64,000 bases of DNA, taken from Spirulina sp. (GTDB taxonomy: Bacteria; Cyanobacteriota; Cyanobacteriia; Phormidesmidales; Phormidesmidaceae). The stretch lies in the NCBI GenBank assembly GCA_044070495.1, contig JBIPSI010000010.1, positions 32,001-96,000 of the forward strand, given 5' to 3'. Below are positions 12,024 to 21,774 of the stretch, piece by piece (position 1 is the stretch's first letter; every line of letters starts with the position of its first letter). The notes beneath the pieces are model-generated. The model ran no database searches. It saw only the letters and a program-made list of their open reading frames with translations, and was not told where the DNA came from. The translations under genes were made by a program, and so were the position numbers.

Positions 12024-12923
12024 CTACCCTGCGGTGACTTCCAGGCGAGCCAGCCAGTCGATCAAGAGCGGATTCACCACATCGGGCCGTTCGTCGTGGG
12101 GGCAGTGCCCGGTGTTGGGGATGCTGTGGAAGGTGACGGCCTGGTTGGGGTCGTCCGCCAGTTGGCGATAGAGCTTGGCCCCTTGGATGGGTGTCCAGGG
12201 GTCGTTTTCGCCCCAGAGAACGAGGAGGGGTTGGGCAATGGTGGGCAGCAGGTCGCTGGGTTTTGGGCCTGGGGGCGCAGTAACGATGGAGGCAAACACC
12301 TTTTGGGCGTTGGGCTGGCAGGCGGGGGCGTAGAGCATCTCCACCAGGTCGTCGGTGATGGCGGCCTGGTTGCGGTAGACCTGCTTGAGGGAACTGCGAA
12401 TCCGGCCCTTGCGACGCACTTGATTAAACACCAGCGGCCCCACGGTTTCAGAACTCACCAGCCAGGTAAAGGCTCCCATAACCCAACTGAGGGGCGGGTG
12501 CATTTCTTCGGGGCGATGGTTCAGCCCGCCCGCACAGTTCAGCACGGCCCCAGCACGGGCGGTTTCGGGATGGTTGGCCAGCATCATCAGGGTCAGCAAT
12601 CCGCCAATGGAGTTGCCCACATAAATTGCCGGAGCCTGCACCAGTTCCGCCCAAAAGTCGTAGAGCAGGGCTTGCCAGAGTTCCAGGCTGTAGTCCAACA
12701 CGGGCTGATCCGAGGCCCCAAACCCCAGCAAATCCAGGGCATAGACCCGATACCCCGCCTCGGCCAGCACTGGAATATTCTTGCGCCAGTGCCCCAAAGA
12801 AGCCCCAAACCCGTGGATCAACACCAACGGCTGACCATGACCCTGCACGGTGTAGGTAATGGTGTGATCCCGCCATTGCCAGGTGCAAGTTTCTAGGGCG
12901 ACCATCGTCAGTTCTGCAACCAT
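12024..12923 (-). CDS. Alpha/beta-fold hydrolase
   Basis: LIHGFG, DLLGFG, GNSIGG nucleophile elbow, GHCPHDE. Confidence 0.93.
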   Translation of the reverse strand: MVAELTMVALETCTWQWRDHTITYTVQGHGQPLVLIHGFGASLGHWRKNIPVLAEAGYRVYALDLLGFGASDQPVLDYSLELWQALLYDFWAELVQAPAIYVGNSIGGLLTLMMLANHPETARAGAVLNCAGGLNHRPEEMHPPLSWVMGAFTWLVSSETVGPLVFNQVRRKGRIRSSLKQVYRNQAAITDDLVEMLYAPACQPNAQKVFASIVTAPPGPKPSDLLPTIAQPLLVLWGENDPWTPIQGAKLYRQLADDPNQAVTFHSIPNTGHCPHDERPDVVNPLLIDWLARLEVTAG

Positions 12924-13145
12924 AATTCAGTGAATTCGGAGAATAAAGGGAAATGGGGATTTTAGGACCGGGCCAACGTACCGTAGGATGGACAGCGCCC
13001 ATCAATACAAGAACCGCCAAAAGAACGCCTACCAGGGCGACCCCTAGACTTAATTGTAAAGAAATATCACCGTTCATGATATGGCTTTATCCTACTCCAG
13101 CCATAGACTGAGAAGCGTCTGACCAACCTATCCCAGTTTTGCCCT

Positions 13146-13838
13146 ATGCCGCCGACCAGTCTCCTCCTTGATCTCCTTCCCCTCATGCTGGGCGCGGCCC
13201 TGGCTCCCCTGTGGCTGGTCATTTTGCTGCTGATTTTGCAGAGTCGGCGGGGATTGGTGAAGGCCACCGCCTTCGTAACGGGCATTACCCTGGTACGGTT
13301 GCTTCAGGGCTGGCTGTTTGGCTATGTGTTGGGGCAGGCCAATGTGCTGGCAGAATCCAACGTGCCCCGGCTGATCATGGCTCTATTGCTGATAGCCCTG
13401 GGGCTGATGCTGCTGATTTCGGCCCTCAAATCCTTGGTCAACGCCCCCGACCCCGATGCGCCGCCGCCCAAGCTGTTTCAGCAAATTGATCGGGCTAAGC
13501 CTCTAAATCTGCTGGGCATTGGCATCATGCTCACCACCATTGCCCCCAAGTTTTGGGTGTTTACCCTCGCCGCCCTGGGCATCATTCGCGAGGCTAACCT
13601 AGACAGCCTTGCCGCCGCCCTCACCGCCTATGCCATATACATCCTGGGAGCACAGTCGCTGTTGATTTTGCCCCTGTTGCTCTATGCCGTTGTGCCTGGC
13701 CCCGCCAGTGGTCTGCTGCGAGCGCTGAACGAGTGGCTCACCGCTAACCAGCGGGTGATTAGCCTGGTGGTTTCGCTGGTGTTTGGGGGTCTCTTTTTCT
13801 GGAAGGGCTGGAATAACTTCTGGGCCATTGGTTTTTAG
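13146..13838 (+). CDS. GAP/Sap-family (LysE-like) membrane protein
   Basis: About six hydrophobic helices with a central DPDAPPPK loop and terminal WLTANQR helix. Confidence 0.65.
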   Translation: MPPTSLLLDLLPLMLGAALAPLWLVILLLILQSRRGLVKATAFVTGITLVRLLQGWLFGYVLGQANVLAESNVPRLIMALLLIALGLMLLISALKSLVNAPDPDAPPPKLFQQIDRAKPLNLLGIGIMLTTIAPKFWVFTLAALGIIREANLDSLAAALTAYAIYILGAQSLLILPLLLYAVVPGPASGLLRALNEWLTANQRVISLVVSLVFGGLFFWKGWNNFWAIGF

Positions 13839-14013
13839 GGCAAGGCTTAACGTTTCCCTTGCCTCCGCTGGCCTTTGGGAAAAGCTAACTCATCTGCCTG
13901 TAACCCTGCGTAGTGACTTCACGAGGCTCTCTGCGCCACCCAAGAGCCACCCCTAGAAGAGTTTCAGGTTTTTGTTCAACGGTAGTCTGATGGATCAACT
14001 TGGGAAGACGGTT

Positions 14014-14060
14014 GCCATTGAGAACCCCGGTTTTTTGAAAAAACCGGGGTTCTCAATGGC
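14014..14060. repeat. Perfect 47-bp palindrome between convergent genes
   Basis: GCCATTGAGAACCCCGGTTTTTT-G-AAAAAACCGGGGTTCTCAATGGC, 23-bp arms. Confidence 0.85.
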
Positions 14061-14095
14061 CATAATTATCTTGATGGGTGCCCCTGTCCTAATAC

Positions 14096-15514
14096 CTAAT
14101 AGTGGATAGCTTCCTCTGGGGTGCGCGCGCTGGGCCAGGCTTGGGTATCAAGGTCAACTCCGGGCAGTTGGGAGGACTCAAAGACGGGTTCGGCAATTCC
14201 GGCTTTAACTTGTTGGTCGTAGTCCTGCATCACCTTCAGGCCCACTTTAAATAGCATCACTAGGGCAAACAGGTTGACTAGGGCCAAAAAGCCCATGGTG
14301 ACATCGGCAAAGCCAAAGACGGTCGTGAGATCTTGGGAGGCTCCCCATACCACCAGGGCTAGGGTAAGCACCCGAAAACCGTTCAGCAGCCAGCGGTCGT
14401 TATCGCTGAAGAAGCTGAGGCTGTTTTCCCCTAGGTAGTAGTTGTAGATCATCGATGTGAAGGCAAACAGCAGCAGGGCCAGGGTGACAAACACTTGGCC
14501 CCATTGCCCTACGTGCTCGGCCATGGCGGTTTGGGTGAGGGTGACGCCGCCCACGTCGCTGCCCGGTTCGTAGACTGAGGAGAGGAGAATAATCGCCGCT
14601 GTGCAGGAGCAGAGGATGATGGTATCGATGAAGACGCTGAAGGATTGCACAATGCCCTGGTTAACGGGATGTTTAACGTAGGCCACGGCGGCGACGTTGG
14701 GGGCACTACCCAGCCCCGCCTCGTTAGAAAACAGGCCGCGCTTGACGCCAAAGATCAGCGCCGCGCCAATGCCGCCGCCAACAACCGCGTTGAGGCCAAA
14801 GGCACTCGAAAAAATCAGCCCAAAAACGGCGGGAATTTCGCTAAGGTTGGTCGCCATCACAAACAGGGCCATGGCAAAGTAGCCCAGGGCCATGATCGGC
14901 ACCACGAACTCGCTGACCTCAGCAATGCGCTTCACGCCACCAAAGATAATCAGCCCCAGCAGCACCAACAGCCCGATCCCGGTAATGGAGGTCGGTAGGC
15001 CAAAGGTCTCGTTGACTGCCGTGGCCACAGTGTAGGACTGAAGGGCATTGAACCCCAGGCCAAAGGTGACCAGGAGCAGCACCGAAAAAATACCCGCCAG
15101 CCAGCGGTTCCCCAGCCCCCGATGGATGTAGTAGGCGGGGCCACCGCGATAGGTGCCATCCGGCTCGGCCACCTTGAACACCTGGGCCAGGGTGCATTCA
15201 AAAAAGCTGGTGGCCATACCAAGCAGGGCAATGGCCCACATCCAAAACACGGCACCGGGGCCGCCTAGGGTGATGGCTACCGCCACCCCGGCAATGTTGC
15301 CTGCACCTACCCGTCCGGCCACGCTGAGCACAAGGGCCTGGAAGGAACTGAGGTGCCCCTCTTCGCGATGGGTGGATTGCCCCAGGATGGAAAACATTTT
15401 GCCAAAGTAGCGAAACTGGACAAACCGAGAGGCCACCGTAAACAGCAGGCCCACCGCCACCAGCACAAAAATCAGTACTTTACCCCATAGGAGGTCGTTG
15501 AGAAAATTCAGCAC
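14096..15514 (-). CDS. Alanine/glycine:cation symporter (AGCS family)
   Basis: GRVGAGNIAGVA, GGPGAVFWMW, RGGPAYY, RGLFSNEAGLGSAP motifs; GTG start after AAGGAG. Confidence 0.96.
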   Translation of the reverse strand: MLNFLNDLLWGKVLIFVLVAVGLLFTVASRFVQFRYFGKMFSILGQSTHREEGHLSSFQALVLSVAGRVGAGNIAGVAVAITLGGPGAVFWMWAIALLGMATSFFECTLAQVFKVAEPDGTYRGGPAYYIHRGLGNRWLAGIFSVLLLVTFGLGFNALQSYTVATAVNETFGLPTSITGIGLLVLLGLIIFGGVKRIAEVSEFVVPIMALGYFAMALFVMATNLSEIPAVFGLIFSSAFGLNAVVGGGIGAALIFGVKRGLFSNEAGLGSAPNVAAVAYVKHPVNQGIVQSFSVFIDTIILCSCTAAIILLSSVYEPGSDVGGVTLTQTAMAEHVGQWGQVFVTLALLLFAFTSMIYNYYLGENSLSFFSDNDRWLLNGFRVLTLALVVWGASQDLTTVFGFADVTMGFLALVNLFALVMLFKVGLKVMQDYDQQVKAGIAEPVFESSQLPGVDLDTQAWPSARTPEEAIHY

Positions 15515-15770
15515 CCGCCTTCTCCTTTGTTGATAGTCGTCGATAGTCTGTTGATAGTCGTCGCGTTTCGAGTTGCGTAATTCGTTCGATTGGTTTGATT
15601 CGTGGGATTCGTTCGAGCAAGGTGATCACGAATCCGTGGATCGCACACTCAATGTAGAACAGCTATCCTGGTTGTCTCCGTGGCAGGCAGGATGCCCATC
15701 CGACGAATTTCGAGCCTGCGATCCCGTAAGAATCGATAAACGGCGTTTTTGGCTGTACCGTCGTTCCGTT

Positions 15771-15839
15771 TTAACGGGGAGCACCAAGGTCTTTCTGTAG
15801 CCATCGGTACTTAGATCTCGCTGCCAGAGTGGACAGCAT
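15771..15839 (-). CDS. Putative 22-aa leader peptide MLSTLAARSKYRWLQKDLGAPR
   Basis: Complete ATG..TAA ORF in the symporter 5' region, GGAG 2 nt before the ATG; below the ORF-track cutoff. Confidence 0.45.
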   Translation of the reverse strand: MLSTLAARSKYRWLQKDLGAPR

Positions 15840-15880
15840 CTCTCCAAAAGGGCGCTTTGGCCCTAGAGATCAAGGGTTTT

Positions 15881-15986
15881 CGTAGTTTTACGGATTTACC
15901 CTGGGGCTAAGATAATCGTTGGGCAAAAAAGTCATGAAACATAGAGAAACTACATAAAAATTCCACAAAGGAAGCGTATTTTTACG
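15881..15986. promoter_or_regulatory. Two CGTA-N4-TACG palindromes in the divergent promoter
   Basis: CGTAGTTTTACG (15881-15892) and CGTATTTTTACG (15975-15986), both followed by GATTT. Confidence 0.45.
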
Positions 15987-16118
15987 GATTTTCTTTCACG
16001 AAGAATAAGCCGTAATTAAATTAAACCTCATGCAATTAAAATCTGTTTTACCTCCGAGTCTACCCCCGTTTCCATCCAGATCCTTACACTAAGAATTATC
16101 AACCTTTTGGACAATCCC

Positions 16119-17264
16119 ATGGCCGCCGCCACTGATACCCAGCGTTTGGTCGAAATTATCCGGGATCTGTGCTTTGCCCCCAGTCTGGATATCGTGATGA
16201 CCTTGGTGGCCGTGGCAGCGCGCGAACTCACCCACGCCGACGGGGCGACCTTTGTGCTGAAGGAAGACAATCAGTGCTTCTATGCCCACGAAAACGCCGT
16301 TGCTCCCCTTTGGAAGGGACAACGGTTTCCGCTGAGCGCCTGTATTTGCGGTTGGGCGATCAACAACAAGCAGGCCGCCATCATCGAGGATGTCTACCGC
16401 GATGCCCGCATTCCCGTGGAAGCCTACGAGCCGACCTTTGTCAAAAGCTTGACGGTGATGCCCATTGGCCAGGATGACCCCCTGGGCGTAATTGGCGTGT
16501 ATTGGGCAGATCGACACCAACCCCTAGAGGCCGAAATCGACCTGCTGAAAAGCTTGGCGGAGACCACCGCCATGGCCCTCCGGCGGCTCAACGGTGGCAA
16601 TGGTATCCGGGAAGCGGACTGGGGAGAACCCGATACTCAACGCCTTTCTCGTCTAGAGCAACTCGAACGCACCAATGCCAAACTGCGGGCCGAGGTGCTA
16701 CAGCGCCACACCCAAGAGGCCGAACTGACTCGCCTGTCCCTCACCGATGGACTGACTGGGCTGTACAATCGGCGCGGCTTTTACCTAATGGCCAACCCCA
16801 AACTGCGGCAGGCCCGTCGTCAGCGGCAAACGGTGGCCGTGGCCTTCATTGATGTGGACTATTTGAAGCAGGTTAACGATCACTTTGGCCATGAAGCGGG
16901 AGATTGGCTGATTTTAGGCACCGCCGAGGCCCTGCACCGCACCTGCACCGATGGAGATATCCTGGCGCGTTTGGGGGGAGATGAGTTCGTCGTCTTCCTA
17001 TCCTCTGAGACCGATACCACGGCCTTTACCGATCAGCTGCGGGCCGAGGCCCAGCGTTTCATGGACGAAAATCAACTTCCCTATCCCCTCTCCCTGAGTG
17101 TGGGTCTGGTGGTCGGGCACTGGCACCAAGCCGATCTCTCCTTACACGACTTGGTCAATCGTGCCGATACCGCCATGTATCACCATAAACAGCGTCGTCG
17201 GCCCCTCAACATGGCATCCCTCAAAGCCGCCCAACGCTGGAACCAAGAGCAGGTCGGCCACTAA
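16119..17264 (+). CDS. GAF + GGDEF diguanylate cyclase
   Basis: GAF domain, coiled coil, TDGLTGLYNRR, KQVNDHFGH, RLGGDEF. Confidence 0.93.
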   Translation: MAAATDTQRLVEIIRDLCFAPSLDIVMTLVAVAARELTHADGATFVLKEDNQCFYAHENAVAPLWKGQRFPLSACICGWAINNKQAAIIEDVYRDARIPVEAYEPTFVKSLTVMPIGQDDPLGVIGVYWADRHQPLEAEIDLLKSLAETTAMALRRLNGGNGIREADWGEPDTQRLSRLEQLERTNAKLRAEVLQRHTQEAELTRLSLTDGLTGLYNRRGFYLMANPKLRQARRQRQTVAVAFIDVDYLKQVNDHFGHEAGDWLILGTAEALHRTCTDGDILARLGGDEFVVFLSSETDTTAFTDQLRAEAQRFMDENQLPYPLSLSVGLVVGHWHQADLSLHDLVNRADTAMYHHKQRRRPLNMASLKAAQRWNQEQVGH

Positions 17265-17562
17265 GGGTAGGCCAACGGGTCAGGTCGCCAAGCTAGGCCC
17301 TCATCCCCCCACTCCTCTGTATCATGGAACCTCTGTGTCATGAAACTTAGACGGGACGGCCTCAAACGTTAAGAAAAGAGGGCCGAAACCGACGGGTTTC
17401 GGGTGGCCACCCCTAGGATGCAAGGGAGGCGAGTTTAGCACGACTGTAATCATCGCCCCCAGCCCAATGCCTTTCTAGCGGCCTTGGCCACCGCCGCAAC
17501 CCCTATCGAAATGGCTTGGCGTATCCGTGGCTTGGTGTTCGATGGATCGATGATTTTGAAGC

Positions 17563-17593
17563 TCGATAGAAGTTCGATAGAAGTTCGATAGGA
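17563..17593 (+). repeat. 11-bp tandem repeat upstream of adhE
   Basis: TCGATAGAAGT x2 followed by TCGATAGGA. Confidence 0.7.
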
Positions 17594-17649
17594 TTCCGAC
17601 ATTTCTGACGGTCTAATATCCTCTCTGCTGCTCTCTCCAGGATTTTGCT

Positions 17650-20292
17650 ATGTCAATCACCAATCTCGAAGAACTGGAAGCGTTGATTGCCCGCGTGAAA
17701 ACGGCCCAGCAACAATACGCCGAATTTAGTCAGGCCCAGGTAGACCATATCTTTAAGCAGGCGGCTTTGGCGGCCAATATGGCCCGCATTCCCCTGGCCA
17801 AAGCGGCGGTAACGGAAACGGGCATGGGCGTGGTGGAGGACAAGGTGATTAAAAATCACTTCGCCTCGGAATCCATCTACAACAAGTACCGGGACGAAAA
17901 AACCTGCGGCGTGCTGGAGGAGGATAAGTCCTTCGGGATGCAGAAGATTGCCGAACCCGTGGGCTTGCTGGCGGGGATTGTGCCCACCACAAACCCCACT
18001 TCAACGGCCATTTTCAAGGCGCTACTGGCGCTGAAAACCCGCAACGGCATTATCTTTTCCCCCCACCCCAGGGCCAAGGGCTGCACCATTGCGGCGGCCA
18101 AGGTGGTACTGGAGGCAGCGGTGGCGGCGGGGGCTCCAGCGGACATCATCGGCTGGATTGACGAACCCACGGTGCCCCTCTCCCAGGCGCTGATGCAGCA
18201 CCGGGATATTAGCCTGATTTTGGCCACGGGTGGCCCCGGCATGGTGCGGGCAGCCTACTCGTCGGGCAATCCCTCCCTGGGCGTGGGAGCTGGCAACACC
18301 CCAGCGGTGATCGACGCCACCGCCCACCTGAAAATGGCGGTGTCCTCCATTCTGCTCAGCAAAACCTTTGACAACGGCATGATCTGCGCCAGCGAACAGT
18401 CCGTGGTGGTGGAAGAGGCGGTCTACGACACCGTGCGCCAGGAGTTTGCCGATCGCGGAGCCTACCTGCTGAATGCCGAAGAACTGGACAAGGTGCGGCA
18501 GATTATCCTCAAGGATGGCCACCTGAACGGCGCAATCGTCGGCCAGCCCGTCCAAAAACTGGCGGAACTGGCGGGCATCACCATTCCCCCCACGGCACGG
18601 GTGATCATCGGCGAAGTGGACATCATCGGCACCGAAGAACCCTTCGCCTTTGAAAAACTCTCCCCCATCCTGGCCATGTATCGGGCCAAGGATTTTGCGG
18701 CAGCGGTAGACAAGGCCCAAGCCCTAATTAGCTTTGGCGGACGCGGCCACACCGCCGTCCTCTACACCGCCCCCGACAACCACACCCATATCCAGCAATT
18801 TGAACACAAGGTGGAAACCGCCCGCGTGTTGATCAACACCCCCGCTTCCCAGGGGGCGATTGGTGACCTGTTCAACTTCCGCCTGGATCCGTCTTTGACC
18901 CTGGGCTGCGGCACCTGGGGCGGCAACTCCGTCAGCGAAAACGTCGGCGTGCAGCACGTCCTCAACATCAAAACCATCAGCGAGCGGCGGGAAAATATGC
19001 TGTGGTTCCGGGTGCCGCCCAAGGTCTACTTCAAGTATGGCTGTCTGCCCGTGGCCCTGCGGGAACTCTCCGGCAAGCAGCGGGCCTTCGTTGTCACCGA
19101 CAAACCCCTCTACGACATGGGCATGACCAAGGGCCTAGAGGAAGTTCTAGAAGAAGTCGGCCTCAAGTACGACATTTTCTACAACGTGGAACCCGACCCC
19201 TCCCTAGCCACAGTGCAGCGCGGTCTGGCGGTGATGAACACCTTTAATCCTGACGTGATCATTGCCTTTGGCGGCGGCTCGCCCATGGATGCGGCCAAGG
19301 TGATGTGGATGATGTATGAGCACCCCGAAATTGAGTTTGAGGGACTGTCTACCCGGTTTATGGACATTCGCAAGCGGGTCTACAACCTGCCGGAACTGGG
19401 CCAAAAAGCCATGATGGTTGCCATCCCCACCACGTCGGGTACGGGTTCCGAAGTCACCCCCTTTGCGGTAGTGACGGACGAACGCACCGGGATTAAGTAT
19501 CCCCTGGCGGATTACTCCCTGACGCCTAACATGGCCATTGTCGATCCCGAACTGGTGCTGAACCTGCCCAAGGGGCTGACGGCCTACGGCGGCGTGGATG
19601 CCCTCACCCATGCGCTGGAATCCTACGTGTCGGTCTATGCCTCGGAATACACCAACGGCCTAGCGTTGGAGGCGATTCGGCTGTTGATGAAATACCTGCC
19701 CAGCGCCTACGAAAACGGTGCCAACGACCCCAAGGCCCGCGAAAAAGTCCACTACGCCGCCACCATGGCCGGAATGGCCTTCGCCAACGCCTTTTTAGGC
19801 ATTTGTCACTCCATGGCGCACCAACTGGGGGCCACCTTCCACGTCCCCCACGGGCTGGCCAATGCGCTGATGATCTCCCACGTCATCCGCTATAACGCCA
19901 CCGATGTGCCCTTTAAGCAGGCCATCTTCCCACAGTACAAATACCCCAACGCCAAGTGGCGCTACGCCCGCATTGCCGACCACCTGCACCTGGGCGGCAG
20001 CACCGAGGACGAAAAGGTGGAATTGCTGATTGCGGCCATCGAAGACCTGAAGCGCAAGGTGAACATCCCCACCGCCATCCGCGAGGTGATCAACGAGGAT
20101 GAACACACCTTCTTCGCCCACCTAGAGGGCATCGCCGACCAAGCCTTCGATGACCAATGCACCCCCGCCAACCCCCGCTATCCGTTGATCCAAGACCTCA
20201 AGGATCTCTATACAGCGGCCTATCGGGGCGTTCAGGTGGAAGCAACGCTGCCCCAGTCGGTCAGTGAGCGGCTAGAAACGGCGGCTGGATAG
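17650..20292 (+). CDS. adhE: Bifunctional acetaldehyde-CoA/alcohol dehydrogenase
   Basis: ATGGPG, FDNGMICASEQ, LTLGCGTWGGN, GGGSPMDAAK, iron-ADH His motifs; 880 aa. Confidence 0.98.
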   Translation: MSITNLEELEALIARVKTAQQQYAEFSQAQVDHIFKQAALAANMARIPLAKAAVTETGMGVVEDKVIKNHFASESIYNKYRDEKTCGVLEEDKSFGMQKIAEPVGLLAGIVPTTNPTSTAIFKALLALKTRNGIIFSPHPRAKGCTIAAAKVVLEAAVAAGAPADIIGWIDEPTVPLSQALMQHRDISLILATGGPGMVRAAYSSGNPSLGVGAGNTPAVIDATAHLKMAVSSILLSKTFDNGMICASEQSVVVEEAVYDTVRQEFADRGAYLLNAEELDKVRQIILKDGHLNGAIVGQPVQKLAELAGITIPPTARVIIGEVDIIGTEEPFAFEKLSPILAMYRAKDFAAAVDKAQALISFGGRGHTAVLYTAPDNHTHIQQFEHKVETARVLINTPASQGAIGDLFNFRLDPSLTLGCGTWGGNSVSENVGVQHVLNIKTISERRENMLWFRVPPKVYFKYGCLPVALRELSGKQRAFVVTDKPLYDMGMTKGLEEVLEEVGLKYDIFYNVEPDPSLATVQRGLAVMNTFNPDVIIAFGGGSPMDAAKVMWMMYEHPEIEFEGLSTRFMDIRKRVYNLPELGQKAMMVAIPTTSGTGSEVTPFAVVTDERTGIKYPLADYSLTPNMAIVDPELVLNLPKGLTAYGGVDALTHALESYVSVYASEYTNGLALEAIRLLMKYLPSAYENGANDPKAREKVHYAATMAGMAFANAFLGICHSMAHQLGATFHVPHGLANALMISHVIRYNATDVPFKQAIFPQYKYPNAKWRYARIADHLHLGGSTEDEKVELLIAAIEDLKRKVNIPTAIREVINEDEHTFFAHLEGIADQAFDDQCTPANPRYPLIQDLKDLYTAAYRGVQVEATLPQSVSERLETAAG

Positions 20293-20439
20293 GCTTCAGG
20301 TAGCCTCCCACCACACCATCCGAGGGTGACGACCTCTGTCTCAGGCCAGATGGCAGGGGAAAGGAACGGTGTTAGCTTGGGTCACGACGTTTCCCTAAAC
20401 AGGAAACGCGGATCCGGCTAGCACCTTTTTCTTGGCACC

Positions 20440-21747
20440 ATGGTTTCTTCTGCCACCCATTTTCCCCTCCACCAGCAAACCCTTTCCCTCGATCACCAAG
20501 CCTGGACTGAGGTACTGGCCACTACACCCAACCTGCTGATTATTCAGGATTTGGATGGGGTCTGCATGGGCCTCGTGGCAGATCCGCTAGATCGGCAGAT
20601 TGATTTGGACTATGTGCAGGCCACCCAAGCCTTTGGGGGGCATTTTTATGTGTTGACCAATGGCGAACACACGGGCACCAGGGGCATGAACCGAATTGCG
20701 GAACGGGCCTGGGGCGGGCAAGGGGCGGCATCCACCCACCAGGGCTATTTGCCAGGGCTGGCGGCGGGGGGTGTGCAGTGGCAAACCCGGTCAGGCCAAG
20801 TCAGCCATCCGGGGGTGAGCGCGGCAGAATTAGATTTCCTGGCGGCAGTGCCCAAGCAGATGCGCCAGCGGCTCAGGGACTTTTTTCAGGAACGACCGGG
20901 CCAATTATCTACGATGGCGATCCAGCAGAGCATTGAGGCGTCGGTGCTAGATAATGTGGCTTCCCCAACCGTGAACCTCAACACCCTCCACGCCCAACTC
21001 CAGGCGGCGGGGGATGCCGACGGATCGATCTACGCTGACCTACAACGGGCTATGGCCGATCTGATGACGGATTTGCTGGAACAGGCGGCAGCGCAAGGGC
21101 TGGGGGAATCCTTTTTTGTCCACTATGCCCCCAACCACGGGCGACAGGCCGATGGCAAAGAAGTCCTGTGGCTAGGGAAAGGCGCGGAATCGGGCACGAC
21201 GGATTTTCAGTTCATGCTGCGGGGGGCGATCAAGGAGGCGGGGGTGCTGGCCCTGCTGAATCGCTACTATGCCCAGCACACGGGCGAGTTTCCCCTAGGG
21301 GAAGACTTCAGCGTGCGCCAAGCCCCCCACAGCCTGCCGGAATTGTTGGCCCTAGCCGAGGCCCACTTCGACCCCGCCCTAATGCCGACCCTGGTGGGGG
21401 TAGGGGATACGGTAACCAGCCGCTGGAGCATCGGAGAAGATTGCCAGCCCATAGTGCAGCGGGGGGGCAGTGATCGCCTCTTTCTACAGTTGGTGCAAGA
21501 CCTGGGAGAACGCTTTGACCGGGGTAACCTAGTCACCTATGTGGACAGCAGCGGTGGCCAGGTCAAGAATCGTAAGCCTTTGACATTAGAACATCACAAT
21601 GGCCAGCCCGTCGTCGTTGAAGGCCCCGGCGACCCCCGCGACACCACCGATCCCCTGCGTCTGAATGTGGTGTTTCCGGGGGGGCATCGGCAATACTGCG
21701 CCGCCTTCCAATCCGCCGCCCAGCAGCGCCACTCGGTCAACGGTTGA
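20440..21747 (+). CDS. stpA: Glucosylglycerol-3-phosphate phosphatase
   Basis: LLIIQDLDGVCMGLV.DPL, VLTNGEH, GTTDFQFM, GVGDTVTS, RGGSDR motifs. Confidence 0.93.
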   Translation: MVSSATHFPLHQQTLSLDHQAWTEVLATTPNLLIIQDLDGVCMGLVADPLDRQIDLDYVQATQAFGGHFYVLTNGEHTGTRGMNRIAERAWGGQGAASTHQGYLPGLAAGGVQWQTRSGQVSHPGVSAAELDFLAAVPKQMRQRLRDFFQERPGQLSTMAIQQSIEASVLDNVASPTVNLNTLHAQLQAAGDADGSIYADLQRAMADLMTDLLEQAAAQGLGESFFVHYAPNHGRQADGKEVLWLGKGAESGTTDFQFMLRGAIKEAGVLALLNRYYAQHTGEFPLGEDFSVRQAPHSLPELLALAEAHFDPALMPTLVGVGDTVTSRWSIGEDCQPIVQRGGSDRLFLQLVQDLGERFDRGNLVTYVDSSGGQVKNRKPLTLEHHNGQPVVVEGPGDPRDTTDPLRLNVVFPGGHRQYCAAFQSAAQQRHSVNG

Positions 21748-21774
21748 TCGACCAAGATTGAGCGAAAGGTTGAT

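Noticed and set aside
15515..15860. Glycine riboswitch upstream of the AGCS symporter
   Set aside because: GGAGAGA is present but the CCGAAG and CTCTCAGG core elements are not found.
17563..17593. 11-bp tandem repeat as an adhE operator
   Set aside because: Equally explained by slippage; no matching copy elsewhere in the window, so kept only as a repeat feature.
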